Positions 1-14,000 are shown, counted from the stretch's first letter. The stretch is 64,000 bases of DNA from Octopus vulgaris (GCA_951406725.2 OX597822.1:8742001-8806000), one strand, 5' to 3'. Made by a program: numbers and translations. The notes: generated by a model not told the origin, from the letters alone.

Positions 1-408
1 AGAGAAGTACTGAATTTGTCACTGTGGTGGCTTTGAATTAAGTTTGAGTTAGTTATTTTGAGACGGTGCTGGGGAAAGAGTTGCCATAGTCTAATGGTGT
101 TTGAGGTGGAAAGAAAGATAGAAGGTAGTCATTAGGAAATGTAAAGTAAGCACAGATACTTCAAAATCCCAATATATTGGCATATATTGATTATGTTTTC
201 TGCAGTTATTCTCTGAAATAAAAGAATCAAAAAAGTAAATAAACGTTGATTCGTCGGCTATATAATTATAATTCTTTGCACAAAGTGAAAAGGAGTCATT
301 CAAATGAAAAAGCATTAAAAGATATCTAAAACGTAGACACCCCGGGGCTAGCGACTATAACTTTTATATGTGTAACTATGTATCTATCTCTGTAACTATA
401 ATGAGATA

Positions 409-548
409 TCTCTCTCTCTCTCTCTCTCTCTCTCACTATATATATATATATAGAGAGAGAGAGAGTTGTGCATGCATACACACATATACACAAGTATATA
501 TATATATACATATATATATGCGTGCATGTGTGTGTTTGTATGTATGTA
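409..548. repeat. Compound microsatellite (TC)n-(TA)n-(GA)n plus TA/TG-rich tract
   Basis: Directly visible dinucleotide runs; explains the low-complexity ORFs 326-672. Confidence 0.95.
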
Positions 549-2149
549 TATTTATAATTACACAACCATCTCCGCCATATTGGAACAATTTGCTAAAGTG
601 GGTTTTCTGTATTTTATCGGTAGATCTCTTTTGATTACTTTCACTTTTACAAGTCCGTAATTCGTACAACACTATTTAAGGCTTAAAAATTGCAAAAGAA
701 ACCGTTTCAAGTAAAAGTTCAAACGGCTGTCGTATTCGTATTCTTTATCAATCACGCTCATCATCATAGAAAGAATTAATGTAATAGGTAGTGTAGATGT
801 TTCTTTGCCAAAGAAGAAGCTGACATTTGCAGCGAAGTATCCAGTTAAAAATATTAAATCTACTCTACCGGAAATTAAAAAGAATATGTTTAGTTATTAC
901 ATATTGTTTCGCAATTACAATATTCACTAGTTTGGAATGAGTTGAAGCAATATGGATTTAGTTCGGTTCGTATAACTGCCAGTTTGAATCATAGATATTT
1001 TACTCACAATATTTATTGTGTTAAGAATCGAAAGACATATTAAAACTCATGGACAGATTTATGATTATTCTGTAAAGAAAACTGATGTAAAATTTTGTGT
1101 ATTGCAATGTAACGTTACTGGGCTTTTATAACCGAAATGACATTAGTATTGGAATATGTATACTGGTTCCTTTTCCTCTGGGCTGTTAAACATTTTAATA
1201 TTTCAAACTATACTGATTACCAACACTGTAACACATTTCTCTTGCCTTCAATATGGATTGAAGTTCTTTACCACCAAGTTGTTCAAATCACCTATGCTGA
1301 CCGCCGCCTTCCGATTCCAGATGGAACCGTGAACAATAAAACGTATCAAAAATACATAAAGGGAAGTGAAATATTGCACCGGAGTTCAGTGTCCAAATAA
1401 TTCCGGCAGCTGAAAAAGTGCATCAGGTTACGGAGTTCTGGGGAATTTGTGATCCCAAACGCAAGAGAATATATTAAAACTATTTAAAAACTACTCTAAT
1501 AAATATACTTAAGTTTCAGCAAAAGGGAAAATTATCCAACTATCTCTTACACTTCTAGATTTTAAAGCCGTCATGCTGCTTCTATATTATAATGCTGCAT
1601 TATCTTGGAAACAGTTTGAACACTGTAGTTAAAACATAATAGTACATTTCGATTTATAGACAATGTCTAAGAACGTTTCTTTCTCATAAATTTGATTCAG
1701 TAAATGGCAAATATTTCCAATACTGAAATAAGACAGCATTCGTATTGTCTGACTGGCAAGAAAGGAAACTGTGTTTAATAATTATTTAATCTATAGAAGT
1801 GACGAGAACAATATTATATCTCTAGTTTGGACGATAGAAAATGGGTCGTTATATGAATTTTAAATACTGCAAATCTATTTACTTTTCCGACGTAATGTAA
1901 TTAACCAGTAAAAAATTAAGATAGGCATATTATGTAAGAATATATGGCTTCGAAGTACTCTCTCGAGGAGAGAGTATTCCCTACCAAAGTAAGTAAATAT
2001 TCACCAAATACGGTAATAAAAGCTGTTTAGAAAATTGGTGATGAGTATTTACAGCAGTGTGATGAACCTAGATTATTGGCAGGTTAAAGCCTGCCTATAT
2101 TCTCTGGCTACTACTGCAGAGAAGTACAAGTCAGACATTCAAATAGGAA

Positions 2150-5110
2150 ACAAAATTGAAACAACAAAGTAAGTACTATCATGGGTTTTGAAGACAGAAA
2201 AAAAGACAACTGATTTACGGAAGACCATCAGTACTATAATGATGCTTACTGCGTACAAACATGCAAATCACTATACGTTCCACTAACAGAAAGTAAAGAA
2301 GGAGATAGAAATGATGATTGGAGACAGCAAAAAGAGTACACTCACTTGCAGACTGTTTAGCCTCAAGCAGGAGCTAAAACTTATCAGTGAAAACCTCCGA
2401 CATCACGAAGAGAATAACCAAGAAAAAAATAACAATAAACAAAAAATTTAACCAGAACCAGGCATCATTATACAGTGACATGAGAGGAGGAGCAGGGAAC
2501 ATCACAGAAGCTCCTCCACGGGAAGACATAAAATCTTTTTGGAGAAAAATCTGGAATGAAGAGAAGGAGTTTAATCAAGTTGCACTGTGGCTGGAAGAAA
2601 TCCGAAGAAGGTGTTGCTCCTGCCTTACACTCAAGACATACAACATTGATGGTAAAAGTCTTCCAATTGTTATCCAGGAACTCCAGGATGGAAAAACACC
2701 TGGAAGAGACTTGCTGGTTCGATATTGGTACAAGAAGCTCACATTCTACTGACCGTATCTTATCAATCTGTACCAGCAAGCAGTCATTGGGAACAGTAGC
2801 ATACCACACTGGTTAGCTCTGGCAAAGACAAAATTGAACCCCAAATGCAGAACCACCCACATGGCAAAACACTACCGGCCAGTTGCATGCCAGAACTTAA
2901 TGTATGAGATATACACAGCATGTTTGAACCTCTTCTTCCAGGACAATTGTGAAATCAATAACGTCATCACTGCAGAACAAGCAAGTGATGCACCGAGCAA
3001 TTGTTAATCAACAAATCTGTAATGTCAGAGGTGCGAGAGCATAGGAGGAAGCTAGTTTCAATGTGGCTAGACTCTGTTTCTCACTAATGGATGCTAGAGG
3101 CCCTTCAACTTGCTAAAGTTTTAGTGAGCATAGTCAAAGACATAACTGAACCGACTTCATCGTGGGTCACCATCTTGAAATTAACCCCGAAGAGTCATTG
3201 TATTATCACTGATAGAATACAGTGTCGCAAAGGCATATTCCAAGAGGACAGCCTCCTTCTGTGATGTTGTTTATACTTTCCGTAAACACCTTGTCATTCA
3301 TATTAAGGAAGTCTGAAGGATTTCACTGGTTCATAAGGAAACAGAAATACCAAAATTACCCTGTTTCTTTAGGCACAGAATATGCATGAGATGAAAAAGA
3401 TCCTTGACCTAGTTACAACATTCTCAAAGGATTTATGGCTGCAGTTTGGTCGGAACAAATGTTGTCATGGTTGTGAAAAGGTGAAACTATAAACCATTCT
3501 AGTGACATTTCCATCAATAATTTGACTGTCTCCTCTATATCGGACGAGGAATGTTACAGGTAAGTAGGGGTGGGTGACAACATATCTTACAATGCTACCT
3601 GTAACAAAACACGTGTTATTAAAGAATATTACAACCGAATAAAGAAAATCTGAATCTCAGAACTCTCTGCATTCAATAAAACAGTAGCCCACAATGTGTT
3701 TGCTGTGTCGGTATTCATACCAACATTTGGGCTGCTTGATTGGATGCTTGATGTGATCCGAGCCATTAATGTGAAAACTCGAAAAACACTAATAATCATA
3801 CATAATATCCACATAAACTGTAACGTAGACCGCCTCTACCTAAAACGAAAACAAGGCGGCAGAGGCCTAACATCAACCCAAAATGCCTTTGAATGTCGTA
3901 CATATCCCTTCGGCAACATCTTTTAACCACCAATTGTCGAAGTGCAATTCTTGACCAAGTTTGCATACATGAGGCTGAGAACATCCATCATAAGAATTGG
4001 AAGGCAGCTCCTTGAGCAACATTTTTTGTCTGATAACCGAAAATACAAGCGCAAAGAAGTCGCACGTCTCTGCCGAAACAGTATCATCAGTTGAAATGAT
4101 GATCATTTATGAGAAGAAGATTATGTATGAATATTTTAGTAGAAAGCTCCGAGATGATAGTAACATCGATCGTCAAAGCAGTTTATCATGGACCAATAAC
4201 CGAAATAGTACCTCCCGCTTTGAAGGATTTGCGTTTGCAATCCAGGAACAGGAAATATCAACCAAGTACCTGATGCACGAAAGGAATAGACATGCAGGAA
4301 AAGAAGTAAAATGGGACAACCGTTGCAGACCTCATGAGGTTAACACCAAAGCTATCACCCGCAGCGTAAGCAGTTGTCCCAAAACGTCATCATGGTATTA
4401 TTTACCGATGAGACACGATGTTATAACTAGGACACTCTATAATGAAATTCGTCGAAGAATAACCCCAAGGAATAGAAATAAGAACCCACAGTATGGCAGA
4501 AGCCATAGGCACTCATAATAGAAATGGGTACTGGTGGAATGTCCCAGTGAATACCTCAGTAAAATGTAAGCACAACAGAGCTGATATAATGATGTGCGAT
4601 TGAGACGAGTGACTGTGTACAGTTGTGAAATTAGCTGCCCAGTGGATGTTAAAATAAAGTTAATGATCAGTGAAAAAGAGAATATCTTTGCTGAAGTTAC
4701 TCTATCCACATTACAAGTTCAGCTTTATACTTGTAATTATTGGGGCCCTGGGATATGTAACGCACTGACTAACTATCAATCTCGAGAAATTAGGCTTCTC
4801 AAAATCAGAAAGGAGAAAGCTAATTCGAAGACTACAGATCCAATCCATTACTGAAACTGTAAAAATCTGTAAAACTTTCCAGAATTTTATCATTTAAATA
4901 TACATTAGCATGTCTAGGTATGCAACTATATGCATGAGAATACATACATAAAGCAAAATATACAAATCTGCACATATACATACATATATACATAGATACA
5001 AACTAATAAAAATACCCTTTGTTGTTGTTGAAATTGCAATGAAGGAGCCTTGTATCTACGTTAGAAACCGTTCTCTATAAGCAAGAAATCTTGAAATAAA
5101 GCTGAACAAT
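2150..5110 (+). mobile_element. Degenerate non-LTR retrotransposon, R4/Dong-like clade (RT + C-terminal restriction-like endonuclease)
   Basis: Frameshifted fragments: FWRKIWNEE..W, GKTPGRDLLVRYWYKKL, YRPVACQNLMY (~2870), KGIFQEDS (~3230), DRLYLKRKQGGRGL, EGFAFAIQEQEISTKY, EISCPVD; 3' UTR ends in a (CATA)-like tail. Confidence 0.85.
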
Positions 5111-5579
5111 GACATACATGCATTCATACATACATCCATACATATAAAATTTGCAATAAAATACACATTTTCATGCTCACACATTTATATATATTTTACA
5201 TATTAGATGCATATTTATAAATGCTTTGTAATTCCCAGTCCTCCAAATATGTATGCAGAAGCATATATTGATTATTACTTTTTTTCATAACTATATATGT
5301 AAGTATATGTGTACAATTTCCGCTAGATTTGCGAGTTCATGATTTGACACAGTCACACTTAGGAGTCAAATTTGAATTTATTTTGATAATTAGCCGCATA
5401 ACAGCAGAGGAAACAATGTGCTGCTTACGTTGTGCACTGCCTGAGGACGTTTTTATAGTTTATCATTGGTTCATTAAAAGATGATGCAGAGTCGACGTAC
5501 GGGAACCATATACTTTCTTATATTCACATTTAAGATGAATGAAGAAATGTACAAGATTTTTATAACGCGGTGTCTGTGT

Positions 5580-8190
5580 ATGTCACCATAATGCCGTGCA
5601 TTAATACAGTGCGATATATACTACTACGGAACAGGGTAAACACCAACTGTCTCCACTCGATGTATTCCCATATACTCTGCCAATAACTGTAACAGCTCTC
5701 AACGAACTATAGCAACTTCTCAACAATTTCCTGCGACTCCATAAACTCGCGAATAACATCTTTCGAATTCCTACGGTTTCTCATCTCCCCCATTCAGTGA
5801 AACAGGCGGCTACTTATACGTGTTCGGCTACTCCATTCTCACAGGGCGTGTCGTGATCCTCGCCATAACGTTATTTTTTAGATATGACCTGTGTAGGAAG
5901 CACGAATGTTTATTTAAATTTATTATTCTTACTTTTACATCATTGCCTCTCTCGTTTTTGAGATTTTAATTTCCTCAGAAGTCTTAAAAGTTCTTTCACT
6001 TTAGGACTATTTCTAGTCCTTCTGCTTGTTTACGCTTTCTATTACTGATCTGGCTAGGTTCAACCTCTTTTGGTGTTGAGCATCAAGCAAGTCATAAAAA
6101 ACTTCCATTGGTATTTCATCTCTTTCTTCGCTATGCCTGGTTTTCAACTGGTCCAAATGTCGTTTGTGCTCTCCTATTTGACTTTTTTATTATGTACATC
6201 ATACCGCTTATTCTTCTCGTCACTATGGCGCCCTTCCAACCTTGTCTCCCACTCTTATATATTTTGAAATAAACTTTATCTCCTACATTAAAATACTTTG
6301 TTGTATTTCTTGGGTTTTCCCAATAAGTTTTTTTTTCGTAACAATTTAGCAACAATTGATTTTATCTTCCGGGGACTTGCCTGAACAGTTGTTCGGGTTA
6401 GGTATTACCCAGTAAACTCTTAAGAATTGAGTTTGTGTTGTATCATTGTCTAATTCATTACCTGATATTTTAGTGCTCGCTTAAATGTGCCTACGGACCC
6501 TTCTGTTTGCCCATTTGCTCACGGATGGTACGGTGGAGTAGAGACGTGATTAATTGCATACCTCTCACAGAAATTTCTAAATTTGTTTCCCGAAAACTGC
6601 GTTAGGTAATCTGATATTATGGTGTCCGGAACACCGTATTATGTAAAAAGTTCATGAAGGAAACTGATTGTTATCTTCGAGGTTGGTTGACTGCATTTAC
6701 ATATCTCCAGCCACTTGGTATAGCTGTCAACTATGATCAGATAATACGCGCTGTTTACTGGTTCAGCTAAATTCATATGAAGCTTGGACCCCGGTCTGTT
6801 GCCTTAGGCCACGATTACAATTTTACCGGTGGTGACATTCTTGCGAGAGCATAACTTCTGCAGAATTTCACCCATTCTTTAATATCTTGGTCCATAGTAG
6901 GCCAATACACGTACCTCCTCATTACTGTTTTCATTCTTGCAATCCCTGGGTGTTCCATATTAAATTCACTTTGTAGTGCGGCTGACACTACAACCCTTTG
7001 TCAGTACATCAACCCATTATCACAAAGAGAAAAGCGCATTTGTGTTACGTATATATTTATACTCTTTTACCTTCAACGTTTCTTTCAGTTTAGCAATGAA
7101 TTTTCACATTCTCCAATTTTAATTTTATATCTTAAACAGTTACTAGCAGCTCCTGACGTTGCATAAAATGTTTCCTATACCATTTTCCGTTTGTAATGAG
7201 GATATCCCCGTATCTTCCAATGTTACTGCATTTTTTACTGACTTTACCACTTTACCACGAAATGTAATGTCGCTTACTATTTCACCTAATAAGAGTAATA
7301 TTTCACCTCTGACACCTCTCGCACTTTTCGCAGTTTTCTTTAATGTAGGTTTCCCTATTTTCTTTTAAGTGTCGGTAACAATAATTGTAATTTTCTTCTA
7401 AGTGTCGGTATCAATAATTGTAATGTCGCTTCACGTTCGCATCGTTTAGTTTTACATGCACACACTTTCTTGTTTGGATGTCGTCATGATTTTCCGTTGA
7501 CCAAACCTTTTTAAATGAATTTTTTCCGACCTTTTCTTTTGCTTCACTATGCAATCTGAGCATCTATGTCCTATTTTTTGACAACTAAAACATCTCCGAG
7601 TTTTGATTGGACAGTCTTTCTTAAAATTCTGACCTCCACACCCATAGCATAGATTGGTTGTAACATTTATTTATTTATTCCCGGTCGACATGATGTACTT
7701 GAGAGAAATATTTTCCTTCAACTTTCTTTACGTCCTGTCGCAGGTCGATGATTCTTTGAAACTCCTCTGCTACTGCCTACAGTGTTAAATTCTGGTCCTC
7801 CTGATCTAGGTTTGTAAGAATCCATTCACGTATTTCTGTATCTTTGACGTCAAACCTTGCACAAAGATGAGGCATTTAAACATGCCCGAAGAAAATTCCT
7901 TCAGTTTAAATATTTCTTACATTTTATTTAGGACTCTATCATAGCTGACAAAATCTTCGCCCGCTTTTTTTACTAAGTTCATATCGCTGAACATCTTGAA
8001 TAGCAATTTCACATTTTTTTTTTGTTTTAGGCAGGAAAAAAATTGCAATATTTTTCATGTTCTGAAGGAGTTCATTTTCGTAACTGTAGTCTCAGTTTTT
8101 ATCGTGTATTCAGGACTTGCATTTTCCCTTGAAGATTTCTTCGTATCTTGTGGAGTACGCTACAAAAGTCCTAATCCCTTCTAACTAAAT
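5580..8190 (-). mobile_element. Degenerate, internally deleted Ty3/Gypsy LTR retrotransposon (gag zinc knuckle, partial protease, integrase, probable 3' LTR)
   Basis: Minus strand: CYGCGG..F..DCP knuckle (~7610-7650); SDITII..IGKP.L protease part (~7300-7430); HPGIARMKTVMRRYVYWPTMDQDI (~6880-6955); VDSYTKW; YGVPDTIISD; PYHP*ANGQTE..V.TFKRAL (~6475-6535); FNVGDKVY GPY/F-like region; polypurine tract at ~5945-5958. LTR limits are uncertain. Confidence 0.85.
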
Positions 8191-8194
8191 TCAG

Positions 8195-8390
8195 ATGTAA
8201 CTCTCGCCACCTGCAAGAAGATGCTCTATTTATCTTGATGTGCCGTCACAACATCACGCACATATGGTTGTGATACATATGCCTGGTTATCAAATTGGAT
8301 AGTCATCGTGTGTATATTGGGTTTCGTATATTTGTACTCTAGAGTCACTTTGATTGTATACGCTGCTCTCTCACTCAATTAATAATAATA
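8195..8390 (+). mobile_element. 5'-truncated copy of interspersed repeat family D
   Basis: Matches the reverse complement of ~43500-43690 (ctgcaag..tttatcttgat..gcacatatggttgtgat..gctctctcactca) and ends in (AAT)n. Confidence 0.75.
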
Positions 8391-8404
8391 TCTATAATGC
8401 TTTT

Positions 8405-8595
8405 AAATTTTGGCGCAAGGCCAGCAACTTCGTGGGAGGCGTATGTCGATTACATCAACCCCACCCCACCTCATTCTCGACTGGTTCTAATTTTATCCAT
8501 CCTGAAAGGATGAAAGGCAAAGTCGATATCAGAACGTAAAGTCGGACGAAATGCTGCTAAGCATTTCGCTTAAAGTGGTAACGATTCTGTCAGTT
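8405..8595 (-). mobile_element. tRNA-derived SINE family B, diverged copy
   Basis: Reverse complement contains gactttgcctttcatcctttc and aaatgcttagc as in the copy at 19232-19400. Confidence 0.7.
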
Positions 8596-8607
8596 CGAAG
8601 ATTTACA

Positions 8608-8640
8608 TTAATAATAATAATTATAATAATAATAATAATA

Positions 8641-8684
<44 letters not shown>

Positions 8685-8832
8685 ATGACGATGATGACGA
8701 TGATGGCGATGAGAAGAAGAAGACGAAGAAGACGAAAAAGAAGAAGAAGAAGAAGAAGAAGAAGAAGAAGAAGAAGAAGAAGAAGATGAAGAAGAAGAAG
8801 AAGAAGAAGAAGAAGAAGAAGAAGAAGAAGAC
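8608..8832. repeat. Compound trinucleotide microsatellite (ATA)n(ATG)n(GAA)n
   Basis: Directly visible. Confidence 0.97.
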
Positions 8833-10285
8833 ATGAGTGTGAAAATATAAGCAAAACGTAGATTTGACTATAGAAGAAGTGAAACAATACGCAAGAATGC
8901 GATGTTGCTACAGGAAAAAATATGTAAGTGCAGTCTCGTTTCTACACACATACACATAAATCTAATGTTTATATTGTTTACACACGAACTCGTACATTTC
9001 GTACATCAAAAACAAAAAAAAAACAATGTAGAACACAGTGTTTAAACAAATGAAACGAGACAAATAATAATAACTATAAATATAAAATTCTCCACGTCTC
9101 AACTAAACAGAAATAAAAATACAAATATGCTCGGTAATAAAACTTTGTAAAGAAGTAAAGGCGAATTTTGTATCTATGATCATGAGGTGCTCGAGAAAAA
9201 ATTGCATACAACCAGAGACGATGTTCTGCAAAAATGTTAGCTCACAACAGGCAGACCCTTCTCTTGATGTCACTCCCCAAGCGTAAAACAAAACCAAAAG
9301 AGAACAGTGGAAAGATGATAACTACATGGAAGTGCTATATGCATTCTACACTACAAAACTATACCCGAGAAACACAGGGATAACAAGAGAAACATACTAA
9401 ATATGGAGAAGAACTATTGATACAATGGGGAAATGTCTCGGCAAATACTCTTGCGAATGTCCGGCGATTTATCCTGCGAGAGGGAAAAGTGCTCCAAACT
9501 GGAATAGACAAACTGATAGAAGTTGCCATCCAGATATATGAGACTCATAAATTCGGTCTGCGAATTATTTGACTCAATCACATTACATGATAACTTCACT
9601 ATGAAGACAGACTACAGCTTAAAACTGTTGAAATCTTCAGCCTTGTGAATCCCTCTACATGCGACTTACCAATGACTAATTAATAACGCGTAATAAATCG
9701 GTCAGTCGTACCTGAAAGATAAATCAGCTTCCCATTTTTGCGAAAGAATGTCTTCATAGCTGTGTCCTGTGCTCTGCTCGTAGAGCCGAAACCATCCGTC
9801 ATTGCAATTAGGGATGTCATACCATTTAAAGAAACGATATCTGTCGCGTGCCTTACATGTAAGCCACCAAGAGGTACTTTGTTCTAAACAGGACATCTCC
9901 GACTTCTTCTTTGAAACATAGCAACCTGTCTATCAAATGATTCCTTCCAAATCCTACTGCTAGAAGTATAGGTTTTCTGTCGTTGAGTTAAACATTGTTT
10001 GACATTGAAATAAAGTTTAATTATTAGGGGACACAAATCTATTAAGACCCAATTTTTCTGAAGGTTGCTGATACAAAGTAGATATGCGCAGGAGTGGCTG
10101 TGTGGTAAGTAGCTTGCTAACCAACCACATGGTTCCGGGTTCAGTCCCACTGCGTGGCATCTTGGGCAAGTGTTTTCTGCTATAGCCCCGGGCCGACCAA
10201 TGCATTGTGAGTGGATTTGGTAGACGGAAACTGAAAGAAGCCTGTTGTATATATGTAAATGTGTATATATATATATATATATATG

Positions 10286-10478
10286 TAGTTCCCGGGTTGA
10301 TTCGGGGTTAACCACAGTAAGTAAGGTACTCAATACATAGCAGAGTAAAATTAATTTATTATATAGAAGGAGCTTCTACAGGACTAGTACTGTTTCATTC
10401 AAGAGAAATCTTCAGGAGCTTCCTGAAGATTTCTCTTGAATGAAACAGTACTAGTCCTGTAGAAGCTCCTTCTATATA

Positions 10479-10484
<6 letters not shown>
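10286..10484. mobile_element. Penelope-like pseudo-LTR fragment arranged as a head-to-head palindrome (64-bp arms 10354-10417 / 10421-10484)
   Basis: Perfect inverted repeat with a 3-nt spacer, inserted in the SINE's (TA)n; contains a hammerhead core followed by AATAAA. Confidence 0.75.
10414..10470 (+). ncRNA. Type I hammerhead ribozyme motif (short stem II, GUA cleavage site after 10461)
   Basis: Stem I aggagcttc/gaagctcct; CTGAAGA 10423-10429; stem II ttc-tctt-gaa with a non-canonical U-U closure; GAAA 10442-10445; stem III cag/ctg with palindromic loop (actagt); TA. Confidence 0.7.
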
Positions 10485-10522
<38 letters not shown>

Positions 10523-11053
10523 TTGTGTGTCTGTGTTTGTCCCCCTAGCATTGCTTGACAACCGATGCTGGTGTGTTTACGTCCCCGTCACTTAGCGGTT
10601 CGGCAAAAGAGACCGATAAGTACTGGGCTTACAAAAAGAATAAGTCCCGGGGTCGATTTGCTCGACTAAAGGCGGTGCTCGAGCATGGCCGCAGTCAAAT
10701 GACTGAAACAAGTAAAAGAGTCAAAGAGTAAAGTGTATGCCTAGCTCTCACAGGTTTTGCTGGGAAGGACTTTGTTTTAAATGTCTTGTTATTCATCACT
10801 GAACCCTGTCTCTCATACATCTTAGCCCCTAATTGAGACAGTGGTTGGCAATCACCAATAATTTAGACCTGGGATTGGAAAGTGTTCGGTTGCGACATGA
10901 TTTATTTGTGATCCTTTGTAAGGACCGCGCTAAAATCAAGATCTCTGCTTGTATAGAAGGCAAAGCAGCTATATTGATTATAGAGAACTAACATTACAAC
11001 GAAACAAACGCACTCGGCTCTTTTATATCATTAAATATACATGCTTATCAATG

Positions 11054-11173
11054 CGTATATATATATATGCAAACGTATGTATATTTGCACGCACAACACA
11101 CATACATACATACTACATACATACATACATACATACATAAATACATACAATCACACACACACACGCACACACA

Positions 11174-11232
<59 letters not shown>

Positions 11233-11246
11233 ACATACATACATAC

Positions 11247-11280
<34 letters not shown>

Positions 11281-11306
11281 CATACATACAATCACACACA
11301 CACACA

Positions 11307-11365
<59 letters not shown>
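11054..11365. repeat. Compound (TA)n/(CATA)n/(CA)n microsatellite
   Basis: Directly visible. Confidence 0.95.
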
Positions 11366-11366
<1 letters not shown>

Positions 11367-13574
11367 GCATGTAGATTTTAATTAAATTTTGCTAGCTGCA
11401 TTTCCTTTCTCGACATCATACACTAAAAATGAAATTATAACTTCATGTCATTTATAAGAAATCTGAACATTTCAATATCGAAATATAATAGAGTTTCAAT
11501 AAACTACAAGCTGCAGCGATTGTGATTGTTACTTAACTATATTAAATATTGTTCTTTTTCTTTAATTATAAAATTTCATGCTTTCAACTTTCCATTACAA
11601 TGCCTCGTTGGATTTTGTATTATTTTCGACTATTGTTACTTTTTCATCATTTACATCAGCAAGTAAGCGAGTAAGCGCAGTTAGAATTCATCCCTATACC
11701 GGTTGTGGCCAAGGATGTTGTGTGCTGCTGGAGAAATTCTCTTTTCTTCCTCGCCGAGTATGTATACTTCAACTCCATGACGTATCGATTGAAGCTGAAA
11801 GTGAAAGAAGATTTGGAGGACCAAACCCGCCTAAATAAGTTGCAAGGAGGGACGCAGCGGTGAAAATTGCTGAGCTAAATGGCCCAACAATTAATATGCT
11901 GCGAAAGGATTATGGACAGAATGAGGAGCAAACTCGTACTGACAGTGGATCATGTACACTGATATTTTGTGTGAAGTCACTCCAACCACACTATATATTT
12001 ACCCTTCATTTTGGCGGATAATTTCTCAATGTTAATAACTTTTCTGCTCCCCACCACAATTATTTGAAGTATGATGTAGTTAATTAATTACAGTCGCCCC
12101 AACACTGTATGGTATTTTATTCTATTGGACCAGCAAAGATGAAATCTCAACTTTACACCTGCAGCATTTGATTTCTAATCAAGACACATAATCAGCAATT
12201 TTTAGAAGGTGGTGCTTGAGGATACCTATTGGTCCTGAACATGTTTTGAACTAAGAACTGGAAAAGATGGATACCTATTATTACACATTTATGTGAGGCA
12301 TATTGTGGTTGTTGTTAATTTAAAATTAATGTAGAGCTCATTGCCGATTTATAACCCCTAACATCTCCGTTGGGAACTTTATATTCCCAAGAAATCATCC
12401 ATCGTTTATGAATGCCTTTGCTTGAAGTATTTGTATTGTTCATTTTGCGATGAAAATCTTCTGAGTTTTATGTTGCTGCGTAAATTTCTTTCTAATGGTT
12501 CACTTGTGTACTTTTCACAAACTCATGCGCCATTATAGATCATTAAAAGCATTAATTCTTAAATGATGGGTAAAATGAATACAATTCTTGGTCTGAGTTC
12601 AAGTCCCATCAAGGTCAAATTTGCACTTCATATTTCTCGGGGTCATAAATCAAAGTATCTGTTGATTATTGATTTCGATGGAATCGAGTCCCCAACCACC
12701 ACCTCCTAAACATTGCTTGTTATGTGTCTACATTAAAAACCAAATGCTTCTGGTGTAAACTTGAGATTTCATCATTTCTGGTCCAATAGAATAAAATGCC
12801 ATGTAGTGTTGGGGGCTACTGTAATTGATTAGCTACATCGCACTTCAAAATACTTGCTTTGTTTGCAAAGCAGTAAGCTATCAAATGGTTGTTGAATTGG
12901 TAGGGTCGCTTAAATACAGAAAAACTGCATTACATTCTTTTACAGCTACTTACATTCTTGGTTCAAAACAAGTTCAGGACCAATTTGTCTGTCATGCTTC
13001 AGCGTTCAACAATATTACGTACCGGTCTAGTACAAGAAGCAATGCAATCAACTAAGATACTCCCTCCAACTGCTGGTTGTGTGTCTACTATAATTATTAT
13101 CCTTGTTGTTGAGAAAGCGCAAGCTGCTAGAATTATTAGCGTGACGAGTAGAATCATTAGCAGCATTTGTTTCGCCTAGATCAACTTTCCTGTTCGTTCG
13201 TTCGGCATGAATAAAATAAATTGCCAGTCAAGTACTGAGGTAAGCATAATCAACTTACCCATCCCCTCAAAATTGCTAATCGATTACCACAATTACAACG
13301 ATCTATTATTTCTGTGGTTGTTATTATTATGAATATTATTTTTATATGATCTCCATAGAGATAACTGCCACGCACGTGAATTATGTCTACACATGAATGT
13401 ATATATTAGGCCATGAATACATACACATATAAGTTATTCAAACTTGAATTGGTAGATAAACATTTAGTTTCCCTGAATTATATATCCTACACACTGTAGA
13501 ATTTCTACACGTGGGCGAATGTACGTGTCTGTCTGTTGTTAACAAGCATAAAAGGACACTTGATATGAGGTGGA

Positions 13575-13577
13575 ATA

Positions 13578-13672
<95 letters not shown>

Positions 13673-14000
13673 TTAAACAGTTGACGAATCTCTCCATTGA
13701 CACACCTTCTCACATACTCACACATATGTGCATATATGTATGTCTGTTTGTGTGTAGGTCTGTGCGAACGTGTGTGTGTGTCTGTGTGTGTCTGTGTGTG
13801 TGAGTATAGAGTAAATACAGATAGAGAAAGACTGTGAGAGTGTGTGATATTTGTTTTGTCTTCAAAATTGTAATACTTCGCTTTTTTTTATATTGAAGTA
13901 GAGAAAAACGATTATATATATTTATAAGTGTGTGTACGCGTATATGTGTATGTATGTATTTATGTATGTATGTATGTATGTATGTATGTATGTATGTATG

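Larger units (their letters stand above)
10087..10732 (+). mobile_element. tRNA-derived SINE family A with internal (TA)/(TG) tract, interrupted by an inverted hammerhead-bearing insert
   Basis: Head gcaggagtggctgtgtggtaag...ggttcagtccc (A/B-box-like), tail gactgaaacaagtaaaagag; near-identical to copies at 15.7, 50.2, 52.5, 56.1 and 61.6 kb. Confidence 0.9.

Noticed and set aside
8200-8212. TGGCG primer-binding site for the Gypsy element
   Set aside because: The motif falls within the family D repeat copy (gcaggtgg..agtta), and no 5' LTR is visible.
9414-10050. Possible RT or host exon remnant on the minus strand (..YLDGNFYQ..)
   Set aside because: Only a vague resemblance, with no second supporting motif.
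11686-11960. GC-richer segment that might be a host exon
   Set aside because: No recognisable protein in any frame and no convincing splice pair; it needs RNA-seq.
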